A stretch of DNA of 63,858 nucleotides, the filler included, from Conidiobolus incongruus B7586 (Eukaryota), in assembly GCA_000697335.1 (NCBI GenBank). It is 34 parts of 34 records of this genome, joined end to end, with 100 filler letters (N's around TTAATTAATTAA, not from the genome) between each part and the next. Parts side by side here need not be neighbours in the genome. Positions count along the whole stretch, not along the records: positions 54,967 to 57,918 come from JNEM01001475.1; positions 58,019 to 60,894 come from JNEM01001476.1; positions 60,995 to 63,858 come from JNEM01001477.1; 31 more parts are not named here. The stretch is one strand, 5' to 3'. Positions 56,058 through 63,858 of the stretch are shown piece after piece; the stretch's first letter is position 1, and each line of letters opens with the position of its first letter. A model generated the notes under the pieces. The model was not told the DNA's origin. It saw only the letters and a list, made by a program, of their open reading frames with translations, and did no database searches. The position numbers and the translations under genes are program-made.

Positions 56058-56558
56058 ATGACTTCAATTTCTCCTTATTGTCCCGTTTATGCTCCTTTCT
56101 TTGGTACTATGGGATGTGCCGCTGCTATTATCTTCAGTTGTTTCGGCGCTGCCTACGGTACTGCCAAGTCTGGTGTTGGTTTAGCTGCCATGGGTGTTCT
56201 CCGCCCTGATATGGTTTTACGTGCCATTTTACCAGTAATTATGGCTGGGATTATTGCTATTTACGGTCTTGTAGTCTCTGTCCTAGTCAGTTCTAATCTC
56301 CGTCCCCAAATGTCATTATACACTGGTTTCATCCAACTTGCTGCTGGTTTATCCGTTGGTCTTTCTGGTTTAGGAGCTGGCTTTGCTATCGGTATTGTTG
56401 GTGATTCAGGTGTTCGTGCTATTGCTCAGCAACCTCGTCTCTTTGTAGGTATGGTTCTTATTCTTATTTTTGCTGAAGTTTTAGGTTTATACGGTCTCAT
56501 CGTTGGACTTATCCTTAACACTAAAGCAGACGCTGGAAATATTTGTGATGCTCAATAA
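56058..56558 (+). CDS. VMA3: V-type H+-ATPase V0 16 kDa proteolipid subunit c, 166 aa, intronless
   Basis: [60 protein letters not shown] with the proton-binding Glu in TM4. Confidence 0.97.
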   Translation: MTSISPYCPVYAPFFGTMGCAAAIIFSCFGAAYGTAKSGVGLAAMGVLRPDMVLRAILPVIMAGIIAIYGLVVSVLVSSNLRPQMSLYTGFIQLAAGLSVGLSGLGAGFAIGIVGDSGVRAIAQQPRLFVGMVLILIFAEVLGLYGLIVGLILNTKADAGNICDAQ

Positions 56559-58018
56559 GTCATTCCTCAAATATAACTTCTCACTCTTTACTTTAAGATT
56601 TTGATTGGTAAGATTTTCCCTTGTGACATTTTATTTAGTGTCAATCCAGTTAATCTTATTTCTACAGTATCCTTTTTATCAAAATAATATCATTCATCTT
56701 ATTCAATCCTAATTATTATTTGATCGTAATTTTATTTTTTTCACTTTTGTTTCTTTCCCAGTCACTTTCTGAATTCTCAATTTGGCCAACAAACAATCAT
56801 GAGTTTCTTTGCTTTCATCTCATCTTAAATTTTAAATTTTTAATATTTCATCTAGTTAAATTATCATTCTTTGAATTTTCATTTTATATTGAATTTTTAT
56901 ATTTATATTTTGGCTGAAAATTATTTGATTTATTTTTTACAATCATAATATTAAACATATTATATTAATGTTTATAAGCATTAATTTATATTTAAATCAT
57001 ATTGACAATTTATAATTTCGGAATTATATTATTTGACTTTCATTATATTTATTTTATCTTTTCATTCTGCTTCATAAAAGATATTAATTTATATATCATA
57101 TATATTTTCTAGCTAGATATATATTACATCGATAGCCTTAATATTATAACATAATATTTACAGTAATATTAATTCTATTTATTACATATATTCTCTAATA
57201 TACTTATTTGTGACTTAATAAAAATATTCAATATTTCCTCTAACTTATATTCTACTTAATATATTTTTTAAATCTTTATTCAATATAGTTTATATTGATA
57301 ATTATTATAATAAATGATATATTGGTTTGATTCTATTGTATGATTACATATCAATTGATTCCATGGATCATATTTCAATTATATCATATCTATAACCTAT
57401 CTATATATTGTACATATATTTCTTTTCAGTATATTATTAAAAAATTCCTAATATAAATTTCACTTATTTATCAATTTAAACTGAGCTATATTCAATTATA
57501 TACATGATTGTATCTATAACATTTTTACCATTTATTATATTGATTTTGTTTTTTAATATAATAATTCCATTTAATTTGTTTAGATAAATCAATATCAGAA
57601 TAATTAATTTTATTCATATTTAATTTTTTGATAAAAAATATAAATTAATTTTTGAGCATTTTTTCCTCACTAATATTGAATTTAATATATTTTTATTTAA
57701 TGACTTTATAAATAAAGATAATATTATATTTATGTTATAATATATTAAGTGATATTTATAAGCTAATTTTTGAATAATTTGATATTTAATTTGATAAAAA
57801 AATATTTCATTTGATATATTTTGATTTTATTATTATATAAAAAATAAAATATATAATTCATATTTTTATTATAATTTATAATTATAATATTATTATAATA
57901 TTTATATATATATATAATNNNNNNNNNNNNNNNNNNNNNNNNNNNNNNNNNNNNNNNNNNNNTTAATTAATTAANNNNNNNNNNNNNNNNNNNNNNNNNN
58001 NNNNNNNNNNNNNNNNNN

Positions 58019-60855
58019 AAAAACAAATATATATATATTTTAATTAATAACTAAAACAAGTTTATATATTAGATTAGCTCAAATTATAATATATATTTAA
58101 GGTATATAATTTGATAATAAATTAATATATTTAGATATATTTAGTAAACTATTTGCAAAAATATTAACCCTTAACATATAATAAAATTTAGTCATAAATT
58201 TGCAAGTTTTTGAGATAAGGGGATATATTTAACAATATATAACCAAATCATTTTTTTTATTATTTTATATATTACTCTGTATTTTTAATAATAGGAATTT
58301 TTTGAAATTAAAAATAAATAAATATTTTAATAAATAATATACAAAAATATATTTATAATATAAATTTAATAGATTTTTTTATTATTAATAACTTTTTGCT
58401 ATAGTTTTGATAAGGATCTAATATCTAAAAAACAGTTCTTTTTATTATAGACTGAAATTTGATATTTCACAAATTAATTAAATTTGCTTATAAAATTTTT
58501 TTTCTTTTAAGTTGGTTTTTTAATTACCCAAAGCAATTATAATCACATGGGTTATAATCTAGGGAGTATACTAAAAATTGTAGTTTTTTCCAGTTATTTT
58601 TAATTAGAAAGTTTTTTATAACTTTAGAATTATATATTTTGTAATTATTATGTAAAATAATAGGTCTTTTCAAATTATATTGAGAATACCAATTAAAAAT
58701 ACTTTTATTTAAAAAATTAAGTTAAAGTTTATTATTAATTCATTTTCCTTTAGGAACTAAATAAAAGTAATATATACAATTATAATCCATTGCAATAATT
58801 AACATTTGCTTATTAATAAAGTGCTTATTTAAAGGGATTTATAGAGAGGGTTGATTTAGCTTAATCTAGCACCTTGATTTGTGTTTTACTAAAGAATTAT
58901 ATATAAGGATTTAAGATTTATCAATTATAGTTATTTACTATAAAAATTTATGCTTCTTCTAATATTTGAGTAAGTTTTATTTAACAATAATTACTCTAGC
59001 TTTTTTCTAAGCTTTAGTTAAATTATAAAGTACCTATTTTGTATTTTTATATATTAATTTCAGTTTAAACTTTAATATATATAAAATACTTATAAGACTA
59101 ATATTAAAGTGCTTAGATAATTCTCTTGCTAAAATAAAAAGGTGCTTTTCAATATATTTTTCACTCTATTAACAATTGAAAATATAATAATTAAAGTGAG
59201 TTTTCTAGATTTTGATAGGTTTTAGATAGTTTCTTTTCTAACCTTTAAGTGATTTACCTAGCAATAAATTGTTGATTTAAATAATACTTTAATATTAAAA
59301 GCTACTTGTAAATTTTAAATAATTTTAGATAGCTTATGGTTAAGTTTTACTAATACTAAAATAAAAGACTTTTAATAATTACTATTTAGTTTATAAATAA
59401 TTAAATTAAAGAACTAAATTTAAAAAGTTAGTTTTTTAATCAAAAAAATTATTATATATATACTAAAAATATATAATTTCTTATTAACTTTTTATATATT
59501 TATTCATTTCAAATTCATAATATGTTTGAAAAATCATAAACTAAAAAGTTTCCCATTACTTTAAATTCAAGGTAATAATATTTTACAGATATATTAAATT
59601 TTCTTTATTAGTATTATTATGCTTAAATCACTGTTTAAAGAAAATTACTTATATATTAATCAACTTTATAGAAAAGGTAAATGAACTTATAATATTGCTA
59701 GAATTACTAGAGTTAACTAATTTACTATATCTAAGATTATTAAGAATAACAATATGAACATATTTAAACTAAACTTAAATATATTAAAATTATATATAAA
59801 TATAAGGAGTATACCTATAAGTTAGTTAGTACAAGTAAGTGTAATATTGTTATAAAAATATAACATGAATTATAAGACTATATAAGGATAATAGTTAGTA
59901 TTAATACTATTATATATATTATATATTAATATAGATAGTATTTATATTTTAAGGAAAAACATCCTTAAATATAAAAATCCCATTATAAAGTTACATAGGG
60001 TTTTAAATATTACTATTGATATTGAATTAAAATTAATTAAAATAATGTTATTTAATATAATAAAAATATATTTTAGTGGATTTGATAAAAAAAATAGATG
60101 GTTTAAAAAAAATACAAAACTATTTTATAATTATTATATTTATTCTATTCAAAGGTATAATAATAGGTTAATTATTATTTAGGGATATATATTATTTTTA
60201 AATATAAGATATTTTTATAATATTAAAATGATAATTAGGATTAAGAAATAATAAAATATTTTAAAAATTAAATTAAAATAATTATTAAATTATATAAGTT
60301 AAAGAGGTTTAATATTATTTGGTAATCAAATAATACCTTTTGTTATATTATAGTTTTTATTACCAAATAACTTAAAAATAATAAAATAATAGTTATAAAG
60401 TAACTTTTTAAACTTTTTAACCATAACCTAATTAAATATCTTTAGGATTAGTTAAAAAAAGCTATTAAAGTTTTTCTGCTAGTAAAAGCTTTAAATTAAC
60501 TTTTAAAATATATTTAGGAAGTATAGAACAAAATTAAACCTTCTTGGTATAAGAAGTTAGTTGATTCTATACCCTATAAACTTAAAAAAAATTAGAAAGG
60601 TAAAGATAGATATATTAGGTTTTAATTTTTTTTATCATCAAAAACTTATCAATTTATAACTTATTTTAGATAAAATTTAAGAGTTTATATTTTAGCCAAT
60701 TAAAAATTAAAAAATATCATTTAATGATATATATTACCAAGAAATATAATACCTTTTAAGTATTTAATTTAAATATATTTAGTAAATATTAATCAAGTTA
60801 TTAGTAAATATATAAATGTTTTTAATTATATGACTCATTTATATAAGTTAATATA
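58019..60855 (+). mobile_element. Tc1-like transposon, dead copy interrupted by a full-length mariner
   Basis: 58040-58271 matches 1-241. The Tc1 sequence resumes at 59576, with ATG intact at 59619 and right terminal repeat at ~60815-60853. Confidence 0.9.
58272..59575 (-). mobile_element. Full-length (1304 bp) mariner DD34D element, dead, with TIRs and TA target duplication
   Basis: Left end TTACTCTGTATTTTTAATAATAGGAATTTT; reverse complement of right end TTACCTTGAATTTAAAGTAATGGGAAACTT. TA at 58270-71 and 59576-77. Minus strand reads TAC TCC CTA GAT TAT AAC CCA TGT GAT (YS[P]DYNPCD) at ~58542-58568. Confidence 0.93.
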
Positions 60856-61197
60856 ATATTAAATCAAGGTATTCTATTTGATAAAAATATAATANNNNNN
60901 NNNNNNNNNNNNNNNNNNNNNNNNNNNNNNNNNNNNNNTTAATTAATTAANNNNNNNNNNNNNNNNNNNNNNNNNNNNNNNNNNNNNNNNNNNNAATAAT
61001 TTTTAAATAACTAATGAATTTTAGCATAATTTTAGTTTTAAATATATATGTTTTATATTTTTAATATTAATATTCAAAATTGAAATTATATATATATATA
61101 ATTAAGTTCATTATAATTTATTATTTAAAAGAAACTTTATAATAATTGATCAACTTAATTTTAATTTATTAACAAATAATTTATAAACTATATTTAG

Positions 61198-61476
61198 TGT
61201 TGAGTATACGATTTTCAAGGCAATGAATGTTCCTATTAAAAGATGAGATACGATAAGGATAATGAGTAATTGAGTTAATTATAAAACCACCTTATATAGT
61301 GGAATAAGATTGGTGAAGCAAAATGTTTTTTGTTTGGTGTATATATTACAATAGTTAATATTATTGTAAATCTTTATTTTTATTGAATAAAGGATGACTT
61401 CCAATGATACAAATGCTAAAATCAATTTTTACCATGTCGAAAACTTTGGTAGGGTAAATAGTGGAAGTTTACAACA
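61198..61476. mobile_element. Solo LTR, 279 bp (unrelated family, copia-like termini)
   Basis: TGTTG...CAACA termini; perfect 5-bp TSD TTTAG at 61193-61197 and 61477-61481; GC-richer than flanks. Confidence 0.8.
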
Positions 61477-62059
61477 TTTAGCATTAATTTATAATAAAAT
61501 TAAGTTATTTTAAAATAAATATTGATGCTATTGTTTTATTTAAAATAGAATTAATCAAATATAAAGGAATTGATTTTGAATTAATAGATATTAATGTGAA
61601 ATAAGAAATTTAAATATTATATGATTATTAATTTCAAATCCGAATGCATAATTTTTAATAAATTATAATTTATAGGTTATAAACTTAAAATTTTATTTAA
61701 TATATACTATATTTAATTTGAAAATTGTTATTAAAATAGATCAATGCAAACTTATGTATAGTCATATAATAGAACCTCATATAAATTTAGAATCAAATTT
61801 CAATTTAATGGTTTAAATTAATTATAGTATATAATAAATTACTTAAAAGTTATTAATCTATACTTATTTAATAATTCATAGTTAATCTTCAATAAATTAT
61901 TTAGGATTTTATTAAATAATTCAAAATATATTATTTTTTCTATAATAAATTAGATTCAATTTTTTAATTAAAAATTAATAAAATTTATTAAATTATTATT
62001 ATTTCTTTTTAAATTAATTTTAAAATGAATATTAAGTATTTAATTTTATTTAAATATCT

Positions 62060-62260
62060 TGCAGTTCTCTTGCGGCGACAATATGCCAAAATTACTAGTA
62101 AATAATTGACTCAAAAATTTTAACATTAAATTCACATTTTACATGAAATTCAAATCATGCAATTGGAATTTGAAATGGCCTTTCTTATATAAAATAATAT
62201 GTTGATATGGATGAAACAGGGTTATATAGTGACTATGGAATTGAAAGATAGTATTAATTT
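62060..62260 (+). mobile_element. pogo/Tigger/Fot1-like transposase relic
   Basis: GAT ATG GAT GAA ACA GGG TTA TAT (DMDETGLY) at 62204-62227, preceded by AATAATTGACTCAAAAATTTT (S.GWL.NF-like, CENP-B HTH relic) at 62101. Confidence 0.5.
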
Positions 62261-63858
62261 TGGTATAACAGTCATTTTATAATTTGAATATTTAACTAAT
62301 TTCCATTAATTATACAACTTATGAATATAATAAAATTTCTTATATCAATAATAGTTATAATAGCATTTTAAATAATATTACCTATTTTAAAGTTATTTTT
62401 AAAAATATAAAATATAGTTTTATATTTTGCTTCAAAATTATTTTACTTAACTATACTACCTAAACAAAACAAACTTAATATTTTATAATTTGATTAAATA
62501 TGAAAATTTTAAAACTTTTTTTTATAATTTTAATTTAATTGAAACCGAGTTTTATTTCTAAATTTTAATAAAATTAAAAAATTAATTTAAATAAATAAAT
62601 AATGAAAAATTATTAAATGAAAATTTCGAGAATATATAATTTATATTTGTGTTAATATATATATTGAGTATTATAGTTTAGTATTTTATTATTAATTATA
62701 CCTACATTATAATTATTAAAATAACATATGCAATAGAATAATAGTAATAGCAATAATAATAATAATAATAATAAATCTTATCAAGTCAATATAAATATCT
62801 AATTGATGTTAATGATTATTTTTATACTGAATTGATGCAGTTTTTAAATTTTTTAATAAAATGCATTCTAAATATAACACTATATTTCCATTAAGCAAAT
62901 ATCACTACAGTTGATTGCTTTATCAACAAAATAAAATCTTTTTTCTAATTTGACCACATTATAATATATGTAATGGTGGATACAATTTTAATTATTTAGC
63001 GCTTTCAAATTATAATTAATAAAGTTAATATATAAAGTGTATTGGTTATTTGCCAAATTTTATTATTCTAGTATAAGTATTTTACCCAAATTATTTTACG
63101 CCATTCATTTTTCAATAGTTTTTTGTATTAAATATTTCAATGTTTGAAGAAAGACAATCAGTAGATTTATTTATGCCATTAATTATTATTATTTTGGATA
63201 ATTTTCGTTTTCAAATATAGTTTTAACACTTAATTGCATAAATGAAATTAGTAAATTTATGAGCTGCAATATTAATAATTGATTTTATTCAAGTGATATA
63301 TATATTTATCCCAATTTAATAATAACTCCATTAACTGTTATTAATATTGAAGATAATTATAAGCCAAACTTCAAAAGTTCTATTATATCCAAATTTCAAC
63401 GCTTCAAATACAATTCACCATTGATCATTTAAAGCAAAATCTCAAATTAAACAATATCAATTTTTATTCTTCTCAGACTTCAAGAGTGATGTAACTACAT
63501 TCATTATTAATTGAATTAAACATACAATTGACAACTCGAGATAGTCTTAAACAGTTTCGATAACTTAGCAATATTTTAATATTACATCTCCAAGGTGAAT
63601 AATCTAAAACTATGCAATGTTCAATATATTTATAATGTACATATGATTTTATATCAGCTAATATTTTTTTTCAATTATCAAAAGATAAAATAAAAATTTA
63701 AAATTAATAAATATAAAAAAATTTTTCTTAGCATATTAATTAAAAATTAAAATAGTTTTTTGTTATAAATTTAATTAAAAATTTAATAAAAAATTAATAA
63801 AATTATAATTATGATTTATATTGATTTATTAATAATACTTGAGAATAATATATATATA

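Noticed and set aside
1900..56917. Short listed ORFs at 1900, 17304, 22139, 24904, 28688, 34524, 43232, 46732 and 56720
   Set aside because: I/L/F/K/N/Y-rich translations expected from AT-rich DNA or off-frame TE relics; no motifs or GC rise.
39095..57918. Apparent gene cluster (ceramidase, secreted protein, membrane protein, VMA3)
   Set aside because: Each gene is on a separate size-sorted contig, so linkage is an artefact.
1..63858. Organellar or bacterial origin suggested by extreme AT content
   Set aside because: Nuclear eukaryotic genes and eukaryotic TE families are present; no rRNA, tRNA, respiratory genes or operons were seen.

Overview
This window is not contiguous genome. It is 34 short contigs (about 1-3.4 kb) concatenated with 33 artificial 100-bp linkers (44 N + TTAATTAATTAA + 44 N), so adjacency across linkers is meaningless. 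The DNA is extremely AT-rich and eukaryotic. The intronless V-ATPase c subunit looks fungal, most like early-diverging ('zygomycete'-type) lineages; this is an inference. Intact genes are an alkaline ceramidase, the V-ATPase proteolipid VMA3, a small secreted prepro-protein, and two orphan ORFs, plus one pseudogenised small secreted protein. Most contigs in 1-32 kb, and 58-61 kb, are dead copies of three transposon families that can be reconstructed by comparing copies: a Tc1-like (DD34E, inferred) element with long IR/DR-type ends, a ~1.3 kb mariner (DD34D), and a chromodomain-bearing Ty3/Gypsy element. Nested insertions have clean target-site duplications. There are also two short solo LTRs and faint LINE, pogo and mariner relics. 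The most striking signal is that every long repeat copy has been independently destroyed by massive C>T/G>A transitions (CpG and CpA/TpG nearly gone), while genes and short solo LTRs keep their CpGs. This looks like RIP-like repeat hypermutation in a fungus that appears to lie outside the Dikarya.
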